Assembly (NCBI GenBank): GCA_965262615.1
Contig: OZ253545.1
Span: forward strand, 128,001 to 192,000
DNA: 64,000 nt
Direction: 5' to 3'
Source: Alphaproteobacteria bacterium
GTDB lineage: Bacteria > Pseudomonadota > Alphaproteobacteria > GM7ARS4 > G965262615
Shown here: in pieces, positions 11,740-22,459 of the stretch
Layout of the letters: the number at the start of each line of letters is the position of its first letter
How positions within the stretch are numbered: position 1 is the first letter of the stretch
Position numbers and translations under genes: made by a program
The notes under the pieces: model-generated
Seen by the model: only the letters and a program-made list of their open reading frames with translations
What the model was told of the DNA's origin: nothing
The model's database searches: none

Positions 11740-13623
11740 ATGGAGAACAAACAATTATCTCATGACAATGCGTCTGCCCACAAGAACACGCGCGGTTCTT
11801 TGGAGAGTCTGATTCATCAGGGACAAATTGATGGTCAAGTGGATTTGCAGCAACTCAAAAAAGCGGCATCCCATAGCTCCAGTAAGAATTTTCAACGCAC
11901 GGTGAAAATGCTGCAAGCCGATGGTGTCAAGATTGTCAATGGAGAGGGCAAGGACAGCTCCAGTCAAGCCACTTCTGACGACATGGAGCAAATTCTGTCC
12001 GACAGTGGCGAGGAAGAAGAAGAGTCCATTGTCGTTCCCAATCGCATGGATGATCCGGTGCGCATGTATCTCAAAGAAATGGGCTCTGTGGGACTGTTGT
12101 CCCGAGACGATGAAATCGCCATCGCCAAACGCATTGAAGAAGGACGCCATCGCATGGTGCGCGCCTTGTATGAAAATCCCTTTGCCATCAAATCCATCGT
12201 GATATGGAGCGAGGAGCTGGCGGCAGAAAAGCGCAATCTGCGGGAAATCATTGACCTGGATGCCATGTACGGACCTCAACATCGCGATCTCTCCTCCATA
12301 GAAAACAATGATGACGACACGAATGAGAACGACAACAGCAGCGACTCCTACGAACAAATTCCCGTCACTGAAATTGAAGAGGCGTTGAGTCCGCAAACGC
12401 TGAAGATTTTTGCCAATTTGCGAACCGCATACAAAGCCATGGAACGCACACAACGCAATCGCTTCAAGGCTTTTGATGAGGGCAAACAACCCTCTAAAGT
12501 CACCCAAAAGAATTTTGAGGCAAGTCAAAAGAAACTGGCAGACATCGCCCTTGACATCACCCTCAACAACAATCGCTTGGAATGGATTTTAGAAGAACTG
12601 CACAAGCTCAATCGGGATCGAATGAGCTATGAAGAAAAACTCAGCAAGTTGGCGGAGCGTTGCCGTATTCAGCGCGTGGAATTTCTTCAAGCCTATCATC
12701 AGTACGGCATCAATCGGCAGTGGCGGTCGCCAGAGGAACTCAACAAAAGCAAGGCTTGGCAACGATTTTTAGGAACTCACGGCGCAAAGGTTGATGAGTA
12801 TTGTCTTGGTCTTAGGAATGTGAGCACTGACAGTGGCTTGTCGCTGACGGAATTTCAGCAAAATCTGCGCGCCATTCAAGAGGGACTGCGGGATGCCGAA
12901 GATGCCAAAAAAGAAATGATTGAAGCCAATTTGCGTCTGGTCATTTCCATAGCCAAGAAATACACCAATCGCGGCTTGCAGTTTCTTGATCTCATTCAGG
13001 AGGGCAACATCGGCTTGATGAAGGCTGTGGATAAGTTTGAGTATCGTCGTGGCTATAAGTTTTCCACTTATGCCACTTGGTGGATTCGTCAGGCGATTAC
13101 TCGTTCCATTGCGGATCAGGCTCGCACCATTCGTATTCCTGTGCATATGATTGAGACCATCAGCAAGATTATGCGTGCGTCTCGGCAGTTCATCCATGAG
13201 CACGGACGCGAGCCGCAACCCGAAGAAATCTCATCGCGTTTGAGCATGCCGTTGGATAAGGTGCGCAAGATTATGAAGATTGCCAAAGATCCCATCAGTT
13301 TGGAGTCTCCCATTGGCGAGGAGGAGGATAGTCCTCTGGGTGATTTCATTGAGGACAAGAATGCGGTGCTACCCGATGATGCCGCCTCAATGGACAACAT
13401 GAGCAAGATTGCCAACACGGTGCTGGCGACTCTGACGGCGCGTGAAGAGCGGGTGTTGCGGATGCGCTTTGGCATCGGCATGAGCTCTGACCACACTCTG
13501 GAGGAGGTGGGCAAGCAGTTTTCTGTGACGCGAGAGCGGATTCGGCAGATTGAAGCCAAGGCGTTGCGGAAGTTGAAGCATCCCACGCGGTCGCGCAAGC
13601 TGCGAACATTTTTAGAGAATTGA
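11740..13623 (+). CDS. rpoD: RNA polymerase sigma factor RpoD
   Basis: [57 protein letters not shown]; start at MENKQ after a purine-rich RBS (ORF extends to 11641). Confidence 0.98.
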   Translation: MENKQLSHDNASAHKNTRGSLESLIHQGQIDGQVDLQQLKKAASHSSSKNFQRTVKMLQADGVKIVNGEGKDSSSQATSDDMEQILSDSGEEEEESIVVPNRMDDPVRMYLKEMGSVGLLSRDDEIAIAKRIEEGRHRMVRALYENPFAIKSIVIWSEELAAEKRNLREIIDLDAMYGPQHRDLSSIENNDDDTNENDNSSDSYEQIPVTEIEEALSPQTLKIFANLRTAYKAMERTQRNRFKAFDEGKQPSKVTQKNFEASQKKLADIALDITLNNNRLEWILEELHKLNRDRMSYEEKLSKLAERCRIQRVEFLQAYHQYGINRQWRSPEELNKSKAWQRFLGTHGAKVDEYCLGLRNVSTDSGLSLTEFQQNLRAIQEGLRDAEDAKKEMIEANLRLVISIAKKYTNRGLQFLDLIQEGNIGLMKAVDKFEYRRGYKFSTYATWWIRQAITRSIADQARTIRIPVHMIETISKIMRASRQFIHEHGREPQPEEISSRLSMPLDKVRKIMKIAKDPISLESPIGEEEDSPLGDFIEDKNAVLPDDAASMDNMSKIANTVLATLTAREERVLRMRFGIGMSSDHTLEEVGKQFSVTRERIRQIEAKALRKLKHPTRSRKLRTFLEN

Positions 13624-13659
13624 ATCGGCTCTGTGTTTGGGCTAGTGTGGCAGCGCGAG

Positions 13660-13733
13660 GGGCTCGTAGTTCAATTGGTTAGAGCGGACCGCTCATAACG
13701 GTTAAGTTGCAGGTTCGAGTCCTGCCGGGCCCA
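13660..13733 (+). tRNA. tRNA-Ile2 (CAT anticodon, lysidine type); CCA not encoded
   Basis: Acceptor GGGCTCG/CGGGCCC-A, anticodon arm GACCG-CTCATAA-CGGTT, T-arm GCAGG-TTCGAGT-CCTGC; lacks initiator features and lies after rpoD. Confidence 0.88.
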
Positions 13734-13768
13734 CTCGCAAAACATTAAAAATATATTGCAAATATATC

Positions 13769-13798
13769 TTGACATTTGGATTTATTCCGTGTTATAAG
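13769..13798 (+). promoter_or_regulatory. sigma70-like promoter for the island operon
   Basis: TTGACA (13769)-N18-TATAAG, preceded by the imperfect palindrome atatattgcaaatatat. Confidence 0.5.
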
Positions 13799-13833
13799 GG
13801 TTATATCATGGAATATCCAAATGGAGATGTGTT

Positions 13834-14058
13834 ATGCGTGATGTGAATAAAAGAAGGGATGCTTTTCGGCGTATTGTGCCTAAACGCGTGGATAGTGTCC
13901 TCAATAGTCTGCGTATTTTGGGTAATTGCGGCAACAGAGGCAATTATGACTACGATGAGGCGGACATCAAAAAAATATTTGCCGAGATTGATAAGGCGGT
14001 GAAAGCCGCCAAAAGTCAGTTTTCGGCACAAGACACCAGCAAAGGGTTTGAATTGTGA
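13834..14058 (+). CDS. small helical hypothetical protein (KRV..LRILGN..NR.NY.Y motif)
   Basis: 74-aa ORF with GGAG RBS; GTGA overlap with the next gene. Confidence 0.8.
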   Translation: MRDVNKRRDAFRRIVPKRVDSVLNSLRILGNCGNRGNYDYDEADIKKIFAEIDKAVKAAKSQFSAQDTSKGFEL

Positions 14059-16553
14059 AAGACAATCGCACAATCACCAATGATGAGATTAAGGAGCTCG
14101 CCCTATCACTCGCCTACGCTAACAAAGAAGCCGATGTTGTAAAAATATTGGAAAAAGCGGGTTTATGGAATAATGAAGCCGCTTGGGGGAAATTGTGTGA
14201 TGAAAGCACTGTGGGCAACCAAAGCAGTCCCGCCAATGCCCTCATGGAAAAGATTATCAATTCGGTGGATGCTGTTCTTATCAGAGAGTGCTGGAAAAAA
14301 GGCATTGATCCCGAGAGCAAAGACGCTCCCCAAAGTATGAAAGAGGCACAAGAAAAATTGTTAGGAATCCGTGATGGCAACCTCTTTAATGACCGCTGGT
14401 CAAAACATGATAGAAGTAAATTTGCAAAAGATAATATCTCTTTTGTTGCAACAGGTCGTAAAACGGAACCTTGCTTCACTATTATTGATACAGGCGAGGG
14501 GCAGCTTCCGTCTAACTTTAAAAATTCGTTTCTGAAAGACAGAAATTCAAACAAAGTTAAAATTCCATTCGTGCAAGGAAAATTTGGCATGGGTAGCACA
14601 GGTGCAATCGCTTATTCCAGCGAAAAACACAACCTACAACTGATTATTTCAAAGAGATGTAAATTCGAGGAGTCAGACCCCGATTCTCAGTGGGGCTTCA
14701 CCATCACCAGAATCGCTGAAGGAAGTGAAAACAACAAGGTTGCCATCTATCAATATCTTTTAAATCCTTCTAGCAAAGAGCAGGGCGTTTTCTCTTTTGA
14801 TGCCGATACTTTGCCCCTTTTGCCAAAGGAGCAAGGCTATGGCAAGGATTGGAAGTATGGTAAAAGCATGACCCACGGCTCTTTCGTCAAGCTGTATGAT
14901 TACAGAATAAATGGGAAAAGACATTTATCAAGTCATGGGCTTACGGCACTATGGCAAAGATTTGAATTATTAGCACCTGATATTGCTGTTCCCGTCAACA
15001 TGGTTGAAGGCAGAATGTTGATTAAAAAGTTCAACACGAGAACTCTTGCGGGTTTCATAGACAAAATCCTTGCCCAAAAAGAAACATTTTTGGAAAAAAA
15101 TATTTCTTTTAGCGGGAAGTTTGATGTTGAAGGACAAAAGATAGATTATCAAATCTTTCTTCTTGGTGAAGATGAAAGTGAGGGCAAGAAAAAAACTAAA
15201 CGGAAAAGGGATAGGGGTGAAGATGAAAGTGAGGGCAAGAAAAAAACTAAACGGAAAAGGGATAGGGATGTTGATGGTGTCATTTTTACACTCAATGGGC
15301 AATATCACGGAGCTTTGCCTCGCCGTTTTTTCAAATCAAAAAAAGTGAATCTCCAATTGTTATCTGAAGACATTATTGTGTTTTTAGAAACAAAGGACAT
15401 GGCTAAAAAGAAGCGGCGCGAAATATTGAAAGCCGACCGCGAAGGGCTCAAAGACACGAAATTTTTAGAAAAAATAAAACAAGAATTGGCAGACTTCCTG
15501 CGTAACCATGCTGCTCTCAGAGAAGCTGAGGACGAACGATTTCGGGAAAAATTCGGAAACACGCAAGGAAATAAATCAAAATCTCTTGAAGATTTTATAG
15601 AAAATAATGCTGACCTTATGGAGTTCATCAACAGCCCATCATCTATCCTCAATATCCCTGGCGCGTTTTTTGGGGGCAAAGAATCTTATAGAGGCAAGCG
15701 TTATCCCACCTTTTTTCGCCTTAAAGGCGATAAAAAAGGTAATAAATTCACCAGTAAAAAGCCGAAAGAGCAACCGTTCAATAGAGATAAGCTCGTCTTA
15801 AAATATGAGACAGATGCTGACAATGACTATTTTGAAGACAAAATAGGGAAGTACGAGATTGAAATTAATGGCGAAAAAACAGAAAACGATTCTATAGATT
15901 ATCTATGGAACGGCGAAGCAACCCTCACGCTGAACTTGCAGAAACAATTTAAAATCGGTGAAAAAATCACGGTGACATTAAAAGTCACTGATGATAATCG
16001 CATTGAACCATTCGTCATCCCCGCGTGTATCATCATAACAGAAAGAGTGCTACCCCCTGTGCCACCAATTCCCCCTGTTCCACCTGTTCCACCAGAAGAG
16101 AAAGGCTTCAAAGGAAATTTTCCACCTGTCGTAGAGGTGAGAAAAAAGCAAAGCGAACAGTGGGATGGTGAAACTTGGAGTGACCATGGCATGGATGGTC
16201 GCAGTGCCTTGAAATGCACAGTATCTCGCGACAATATAGCGTATCATATCAATATGGATAACCAACATCTCATAAAAGAGATTTTGCGTGACAAGAATAA
16301 CTCAAAAGAACTTTTGGAAGCTCAATTCAAAACCTGCATAGTGTTCATGGGGCATACCATGCTGTGCAAGCTTATGAATGAAAAAGAAAAAGCTGAATCT
16401 AGCGAAACAGACATAGAACCTATAGAACCTGAAGATAAGGTGGAGGAATCTACCAAACACGCAGCTCCTGTTATTCTTCGTTTGATTAACCACAAATGGA
16501 AGAAACCCAAAGATGATGTTGCGGACAATGACGAGGACGATGACGAAGAGTAA
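14055..16553 (+). CDS. GHKL (HATPase/MORC-like) ATPase-domain protein, possible defence function
   Basis: N-box EKIINSVDA, G1 IIDTGEGQ, G2 QGKFGMGSTG; AT-rich; Pro-rich linker and acidic tail. Confidence 0.8.
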   Translation: MKDNRTITNDEIKELALSLAYANKEADVVKILEKAGLWNNEAAWGKLCDESTVGNQSSPANALMEKIINSVDAVLIRECWKKGIDPESKDAPQSMKEAQEKLLGIRDGNLFNDRWSKHDRSKFAKDNISFVATGRKTEPCFTIIDTGEGQLPSNFKNSFLKDRNSNKVKIPFVQGKFGMGSTGAIAYSSEKHNLQLIISKRCKFEESDPDSQWGFTITRIAEGSENNKVAIYQYLLNPSSKEQGVFSFDADTLPLLPKEQGYGKDWKYGKSMTHGSFVKLYDYRINGKRHLSSHGLTALWQRFELLAPDIAVPVNMVEGRMLIKKFNTRTLAGFIDKILAQKETFLEKNISFSGKFDVEGQKIDYQIFLLGEDESEGKKKTKRKRDRGEDESEGKKKTKRKRDRDVDGVIFTLNGQYHGALPRRFFKSKKVNLQLLSEDIIVFLETKDMAKKKRREILKADREGLKDTKFLEKIKQELADFLRNHAALREAEDERFREKFGNTQGNKSKSLEDFIENNADLMEFINSPSSILNIPGAFFGGKESYRGKRYPTFFRLKGDKKGNKFTSKKPKEQPFNRDKLVLKYETDADNDYFEDKIGKYEIEINGEKTENDSIDYLWNGEATLTLNLQKQFKIGEKITVTLKVTDDNRIEPFVIPACIIITERVLPPVPPIPPVPPVPPEEKGFKGNFPPVVEVRKKQSEQWDGETWSDHGMDGRSALKCTVSRDNIAYHINMDNQHLIKEILRDKNNSKELLEAQFKTCIVFMGHTMLCKLMNEKEKAESSETDIEPIEPEDKVEESTKHAAPVILRLINHKWKKPKDDVADNDEDDDEE
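15165..15266 (+). repeat. perfect in-frame 51-bp tandem duplication (GEDESEGKKKTKRKRDR x2)
   Basis: Identical units at 15165-15215 and 15216-15266. Confidence 0.95.
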
Positions 16554-16558
16554 TCTTT

Positions 16559-17209
16559 TTACATTCTTTGATTGATTTCGGCGACTTTGTCTCTGAGCAC
16601 TTTCAGCATGCCATCAATTCCGCCTTCGTTTTTGATGAGGGAGCCCACTTCAGAGCGCAAGGTGATGGCGAGGGAGACGCCGGCGATGGTCATATCGTAG
16701 ATTTTGTAGTGCTGCTGCGTGCGAACCCACCCCACACGCCAGCCCACCGTGATGAATTCATCCGCTCCGTCTTGGCGAAACCGCGAATCCACGATAAAAA
16801 TATTCGCTCCTTCGGTGCGATAGGTCTCCAAAATGACAATCTCACCTCCGTATTGACGAAACCGCAACGCGTAGTTAGCCACCAAAAACTCACGAAACAA
16901 CCGCATAAACTCATCCACCTGTTCTTTGGTGGCGGTGCGATTATAGCGTCCCAATGAAAAGCGCGCGACTTGCATGTGGTCAAACGCCTCATCATACAGG
17001 TCACCAAAATCGGCGCGCAATTGGGCATCGGTGAGCTCGTCTTTGGTCAAGTTCTCCAGCGACCGCTTGCTAAAATCAATGATGAAATCCACCGCGCCCG
17101 CGCCGAGCTGGGCATCTTGATCTTGTGCGCGCGCGCCATCAGACGGCACAAAGCTCATCGCCGCCAGAGCCACAAAAAATATGAGAAAATAATAAGCCCG
17201 CATCATCAT
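16559..17209 (-). CDS. mlaC: MlaC/Ttg2D phospholipid-binding periplasmic protein
   Basis: Signal peptide, ARFSLGRY..AT..Q..EF, KIYD..IAGVSL..T.RSE; adjacent to mlaA. Confidence 0.88.
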   Translation of the reverse strand: MMMRAYYFLIFFVALAAMSFVPSDGARAQDQDAQLGAGAVDFIIDFSKRSLENLTKDELTDAQLRADFGDLYDEAFDHMQVARFSLGRYNRTATKEQVDEFMRLFREFLVANYALRFRQYGGEIVILETYRTEGANIFIVDSRFRQDGADEFITVGWRVGWVRTQQHYKIYDMTIAGVSLAITLRSEVGSLIKNEGGIDGMLKVLRDKVAEINQRM

Positions 17210-18054
17210 TCTGGTGGTCCTAGCATGTCATAATCTTCCTGCGGAGACAAGGCGGGTGCGAGGTCATCATAGCCATCATCAAAAGAGCTCTCCTCTTGCA
17301 ACGGTGCGCCCACGAGCCCTCGCCGATATTGACGATAAAAACTTCGCGTTGAGGCATAATAATCAAGCGAATCCCGCTTCAGAGAATCCAATTGGTCGCC
17401 CAAATTATAGCGAAAATTGACACCGCTCATGATGGCTGTGGACATTCCCGCCTCAAAATCAACACCGTAATGCTCGTAGATCAATCCATCGGGAGAGGTG
17501 TAAGGCATGGGCGAGAAGGCATAAGGAATATATTCCACTCCTCTGCCCACGACAGAACGCAGCGTGTTGGGCCCCAAAATGGGCAGGATGATATAAGGAC
17601 CCTCCCCAACACCCCACACGCCCAATGTGATGCCAAAGTCGGTGCTCTGACGCGGCACACCAACGGCGGTGGCAACATCAAACAATCCGCCCAAGCCCAC
17701 AACGCCGTTGAGCAATATGCGCCCCAGTGCATTGCCCGCTTCGGTGCGCCGTCCCTGCAGCACATAATTGACAAACTCCAAAGGCGTGCCGAAAAAATCC
17801 AAAAGATTGTCAATACGATTGCGAACGAAGGAGGGAATGTAACCGTAAACATCCGATAGCGGCTTCATGACATTGTCATCCAACCATTCATTGGTGGCAA
17901 AGGCGGCGCGATTGTAGGGCTCTAGGGGATCATTGGTGCGATAATACTCGGCGCGCTCAATGGGATCGGTGGGAACTGTCGCACACGAGACAACACCAAG
18001 CGAAAGCATCAACGCCAAAAAAGGGGATAAAACGCAAATTTTCATCAAATTCAA
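17206..18054 (-). CDS. mlaA: VacJ/MlaA lipoprotein
   Basis: Lipobox VVSC, DPLEPYNR, DFGITLG.WG.GEGPY..LP.LGP. Confidence 0.93.
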   Translation of the reverse strand: MNLMKICVLSPFLALMLSLGVVSCATVPTDPIERAEYYRTNDPLEPYNRAAFATNEWLDDNVMKPLSDVYGYIPSFVRNRIDNLLDFFGTPLEFVNYVLQGRRTEAGNALGRILLNGVVGLGGLFDVATAVGVPRQSTDFGITLGVWGVGEGPYIILPILGPNTLRSVVGRGVEYIPYAFSPMPYTSPDGLIYEHYGVDFEAGMSTAIMSGVNFRYNLGDQLDSLKRDSLDYYASTRSFYRQYRRGLVGAPLQEESSFDDGYDDLAPALSPQEDYDMLGPPE

Positions 18055-18135
18055 TCGCAGGAACTATTGGCACAAAGACGACACTCTGTGATAGTATGGA
18101 TTTTTCTATGACGATAATCAATATCTGTGATAACA

Positions 18136-18990
18136 ATGGCTGTGCCTTTTGTGTCTTTTGAGTTTTTTCCGCCCAAGACACAGGCAATGGAGGAGCAAGT
18201 GTGGCAATCTTTGGCACGCTTGGAGCCTCTTGCGCCGTCATTTGTGTCGGTGACCTATGGGGCAGGCGGCAGCACGCGCGATCGCACCCATACATTGGTG
18301 GAGCGCATTCATCAAGAGACATCTTTGACCCCTGCGGCACACCTGACATGCATCGCCTCCAGCAAACAAGACATTGATGCCATCGCTCAGCGTTACTGGA
18401 ACGGCGGCATTCGCCACATCGTGGCACTGCGCGGCGACATGCCGCAAGAAGATAGGTCGGCAACAAAAAACGGCGACTACCGCTACGCCAGTGAATTGGT
18501 GACCGCGCTCAAAAAAATTGCCGACTTTGAAATATCGGTGGCGGCGTATCCAGAGGTGCATCCCGAAGCCTTGAGTCCTCAAGATGATTTGGATAATCTC
18601 AAACGCAAGTATGAGGCGGGAGCGACGCGTGCAATCAGTCAGTTTTTTTTTGAGACGGATCATTTTTTGCGCTTTCGCGATTGTGTCGCGCGCCAAAAAA
18701 TTGATATGGATTTAGTGGCAGGAATTCTACCAGTGACCAATGTGCAGAAAATTCTCAGTTTTGCCCGCAAAAGCGGCACGCACATTCCTCCATGGTTGCC
18801 GGTGATGTTTGAGGGACTGGATGATGACCCCGCCACGCGCCGCTTGGTGGCGGCGCACTTGGCGGCGACTCAGTGCGATCGCCTGCAACAAGAGGGTGTG
18901 AGTCATTTTCATTTCTACACCCTCAATCGTTCGGAATTGAGTTTTGCCATTTGTCATTTGTTGGGTTTGCGAGCACACCGTCATGACTGA
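18136..18990 (+). CDS. metF: 5,10-methylenetetrahydrofolate reductase
   Basis: SFEFFPPK, SVTYGAGGS, ALRGD, FHFYTLNR. Confidence 0.97.
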   Translation: MAVPFVSFEFFPPKTQAMEEQVWQSLARLEPLAPSFVSVTYGAGGSTRDRTHTLVERIHQETSLTPAAHLTCIASSKQDIDAIAQRYWNGGIRHIVALRGDMPQEDRSATKNGDYRYASELVTALKKIADFEISVAAYPEVHPEALSPQDDLDNLKRKYEAGATRAISQFFFETDHFLRFRDCVARQKIDMDLVAGILPVTNVQKILSFARKSGTHIPPWLPVMFEGLDDDPATRRLVAAHLAATQCDRLQQEGVSHFHFYTLNRSELSFAICHLLGLRAHRHD

Positions 18991-21900
18991 TTTTCAAACA
19001 TTTACCGACACCCATGTTTTGCTGGCGGACGGCGCAATGGGAACAAAGGTGCAGCAGCATGACTTGTCCGAAGAGGATTATTGGAACTGCGAAAATTGCA
19101 CCGATGTGTTGAGCCTGTCACGCCCCGATGTGATTGAAGAGATTCACGCCACCTACTTTGCCGCGGGAGCAGATGCGGTGGAAACCAACAGTTTTGGCGG
19201 CAGTGCCCTGACATTGCAAGAATTTGATTTGGGAGCGCGTTGCTTTGAGCTCAATGAAGCTTCCGCGCGCATTGCTCGGCGGGCGTGTGATCGTTTTGAT
19301 GACAATCGTTCTCGCTTTGTGTTGGGTTCTGTGGGCCCTGGCACTCGCCTGCCCTCACTGGGGCATGTGGATTACCGCACGCTGCATCAATCTTTTCTTG
19401 AGCAATGCAACGGTTTGATTGCGGGCGGCGTGGATGCCATGTTGATTGAAACCTGCCAAGATCCTCTGCAAGCCAAAGCCGCCATCAATGCCGCCAAAGA
19501 TGCCATGACGCAGCAATCACGCACCGTGCCTCTCATCTGTCAGGTGACCATAGAGACCAATGGTGCGATGCTGGTGGGCTCGGATATCAGTGCGGCGCTC
19601 AGTATTTTGTCGTCATTGGATGTGGCGATGATTGGACTCAATTGCGCCACAGGACCTCAAGAAATGCATGAGCACATTCAATTTCTTGCGGCGCACTGGC
19701 ACGGCAAAATATCGGCTCTGCCCAATGCCGGACTGCCCGAAGTGGTGGATGGCAAACCTCACTATCCTCTCACGCCCGATGGTTTGAGTCATTGGCTGAA
19801 GCGATTCGTCAGTGAATATGGCGTGGGCATGATTGGCGGCTGTTGCGGCACCGATGAGACGCACATTCAGGAACTTGACCAGATGTTGCGCCGCCTTGCT
19901 CCTGCCAATGGCTTGCGCCCCACGCCAAAAAAACGAGAGACCCAAGCTCATGAGGCGGCGGCATCGCTGTATCACGGTGTTCCCTATCGTCAGGAAAATG
20001 CTTTTTTCAATATAGGTGAACGCTGTAACGCCAATGGCAGTCGTTTGTTCAAACAGCTGCAAGAACAAGAGGATTGGGATGGCTGTGTGGAATTGGCGCG
20101 TGAACAAATCACAGACGGCGCACACGCCATTGATTTATGCACCGCCTTCGTGGGACGCAATGAGAAAAAAGAAATGAATGAGCTGGTCGCCCGCATGCGC
20201 GGCAGCGTCTCTGTTCCCCTCGTGATTGATTCCACCGAATACGATGTTCTGGAACAAGCCCTTGAGCTCTACGGCGGCAAAGCGGTGATTAATTCATTTA
20301 ATTTTGAAGACGGCATAGAGACAGCACGCAAACGCGTCTTGCTGGCACGACGCTTTGGCTGTGGCATCATCGGACTCACCATTGACGAGAACGGCATGGC
20401 AAAAGAGGTGGATGATAAAATCAAAGTCGCGCACCGCCTTTATCAGTTCGCCTGTGAAGAGCATGGCTTGCCACCCCACGATCTCTTCATTGATCCCCTC
20501 ACCTTTACCATCTGCACTGGCAATGCCGAAGACAGAGGGCATGGCATCAATACACTGCAGGCATTGAAGCGACTGCGCGATGAATTGCCACGAATTCAGC
20601 TGGTGCTGGGTTTATCCAACATTTCGTTTGGACTCAATGCGGCGGCTCGTCATTTGTTGAATTCCGTTTTTTTGCACGAGGCTCTGAAGGCGGGCATGAC
20701 AGCCGCCATCATTCATGTGAGTCGCATCATGCCACTGCACCAAATCAGCGATGATGACAAGCAGCTGGCAATGGATGTCATTTATGACAAGCGCACCGAG
20801 ACGCACGATCCTCTGCAACGGCTGATGGCGCGCTTTGCCGACCAAAAAGCCATGCAGAAAAAAAAGAAGGAGCGTCCCAAAGATGTCAAAGAACGCCTCA
20901 AGCTTCGCATCATTGACGGCGACCGCAAAGGATTGCACGAAGACCTTGACCAAGCCCGCCAAACCATCGCTCCCCTTGTCATCATCAATGAGATTTTGCT
21001 GGACGGCATGAAGGTGGTGGGTGACCTCTTCGGCAAAGGCGACATGCAACTGCCGTTCGTGTTGCAATCGGCGGAAACCATGAAACAGGCGGTGAGCCAT
21101 TTAGAGCCTCATCTGGATAAAGAAGACGGACAAAACAAAGGCGTGATGGTGCTTGCCACCGTCAAGGGGGATGTTCATGACATCGGCAAGAACTTGGTGG
21201 ATATCATTCTCAGCAATAACGGCTATCGGGTGATTAATTTGGGCATCAAGCAGCCTTTGGATTCTATTGTGCAGGCGGCGCGTGAACACAATGCCGATGC
21301 CATTGGCATGTCTGGCTTGTTGGTGAAATCCACCGTGATTATGCGGGATAATCTCAGGGAGATGAGTCAGATGGACATGTCCGTTCCTGTGATTTTGGGG
21401 GGTGCGGCACTCAATCGCCGTTATGTGGTGGAGGAATGTGCGCCCATCTATGAAAGCGGCGAGGTGGCCTATGCTCAAGATGCCTTTGACGGCTTGCGTC
21501 TGATGGATGCCATCAGCAACAACAGCTTTGCCGATGCCATCAGCGACCAAGTCAAGCGGGCAGAGCGGGTGATGAAGCGGGACAAAAAACCACCAGTCGC
21601 CACAGAACTGCGTCCCATCACCATGGTGAAAGGCAAGAAAATCAAGCCTGTCGCCGCCATTCCCGATGCTCCTTTTTTGGGTTCAAAGGTCATTTCGCAC
21701 ATTCCCATTGCCACCCTGATGCCCTATGTCAATCGCACGATGCTGTATCGTTTTCATTGGGGCTACAAGAAGGGCGGCAAAAGTCATAAGGATTTCACCG
21801 CATGGAGCAAAAAAGAACTAGACCCTCTGTTGCATCGTCTTGCCAAACAAAGCAAGCAAGAAGAAATTATGCATCCCCAAGCCTGTTATGGCTACTGGCG

Positions 21901-22447
21901 ATGCGCCAAAGAGGGCAACGCCCTTGTTCTTTTTGACGGCGATTTCAAAACCGAGTGTGCCCGTTTTGATTTGCCGCGCTCCACGCAAGGAAACTGCTTG
22001 TGCATCAGTGATTTCTTTCGCACTCGCGATGAGGGCGGTGACATCATCGCCCTGCAATTGGTGACCGTGGGCAGCAATGCCAGCGTGGTGGCGCAACAGT
22101 GGTTTGCCGATGACCGCTATGAGGACTATCTCTATCTGCACGGTTTTGGCGTGGAGTTGGCGGAGGCGGCGGCGGAATACATCCATCGCCGTATTCGTCA
22201 TGAGTGGGGCTTTGCTCAGAAGGATGCCGATGACCCGCAGTTGTTGCTCAAGCAACGCTATCGGGGCGCGCGCTATAGCTTTGGCTATCCCGCCTGTCCT
22301 CATTTGGGTGACCAGAAAAAACTGATTGAATTGCTGCAGGCGGAAAAAATCGGTGTCACCCTCACCGAAGAAGACCAATTAGACCCCGAACAATCCACCT
22401 CTGCCATTGTGGTGCATCATCCTGATGCCCATTATTTTATTGTATGA
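18983..22447 (+). CDS. metH: B12-dependent methionine synthase
   Basis: DGAMGT, GGCCGT, KGDVHDIGKNLV cobalamin motif, RYSFGYPACP. Confidence 0.97.
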   Translation: MTDFQTFTDTHVLLADGAMGTKVQQHDLSEEDYWNCENCTDVLSLSRPDVIEEIHATYFAAGADAVETNSFGGSALTLQEFDLGARCFELNEASARIARRACDRFDDNRSRFVLGSVGPGTRLPSLGHVDYRTLHQSFLEQCNGLIAGGVDAMLIETCQDPLQAKAAINAAKDAMTQQSRTVPLICQVTIETNGAMLVGSDISAALSILSSLDVAMIGLNCATGPQEMHEHIQFLAAHWHGKISALPNAGLPEVVDGKPHYPLTPDGLSHWLKRFVSEYGVGMIGGCCGTDETHIQELDQMLRRLAPANGLRPTPKKRETQAHEAAASLYHGVPYRQENAFFNIGERCNANGSRLFKQLQEQEDWDGCVELAREQITDGAHAIDLCTAFVGRNEKKEMNELVARMRGSVSVPLVIDSTEYDVLEQALELYGGKAVINSFNFEDGIETARKRVLLARRFGCGIIGLTIDENGMAKEVDDKIKVAHRLYQFACEEHGLPPHDLFIDPLTFTICTGNAEDRGHGINTLQALKRLRDELPRIQLVLGLSNISFGLNAAARHLLNSVFLHEALKAGMTAAIIHVSRIMPLHQISDDDKQLAMDVIYDKRTETHDPLQRLMARFADQKAMQKKKKERPKDVKERLKLRIIDGDRKGLHEDLDQARQTIAPLVIINEILLDGMKVVGDLFGKGDMQLPFVLQSAETMKQAVSHLEPHLDKEDGQNKGVMVLATVKGDVHDIGKNLVDIILSNNGYRVINLGIKQPLDSIVQAAREHNADAIGMSGLLVKSTVIMRDNLREMSQMDMSVPVILGGAALNRRYVVEECAPIYESGEVAYAQDAFDGLRLMDAISNNSFADAISDQVKRAERVMKRDKKPPVATELRPITMVKGKKIKPVAAIPDAPFLGSKVISHIPIATLMPYVNRTMLYRFHWGYKKGGKSHKDFTAWSKKELDPLLHRLAKQSKQEEIMHPQACYGYWRCAKEGNALVLFDGDFKTECARFDLPRSTQGNCLCISDFFRTRDEGGDIIALQLVTVGSNASVVAQQWFADDRYEDYLYLHGFGVELAEAAAEYIHRRIRHEWGFAQKDADDPQLLLKQRYRGARYSFGYPACPHLGDQKKLIELLQAEKIGVTLTEEDQLDPEQSTSAIVVHHPDAHYFIV

Positions 22448-22459
22448 ACTGTGGGATGA

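Noticed and set aside
13000-13170. Run of T-ending codons in rpoD region 2 as a recombination patch
   Set aside because: Too short to separate from codon bias in a highly conserved segment without computation
13660-13733. CAT tRNA as initiator tRNA-fMet
   Set aside because: Paired G1-C72 and no run of three G-C pairs in the anticodon stem; position after rpoD fits tRNA-Ile2 (elongator Met not fully excluded)
16050-16095. PPVPPIPPVPPVPP repeat
   Set aside because: Ordinary low-complexity interdomain linker
13734-16560. Islet as an intact integrative element or prophage
   Set aside because: No integrase, and I could not find a repeat of the tRNA 3' end at the right border
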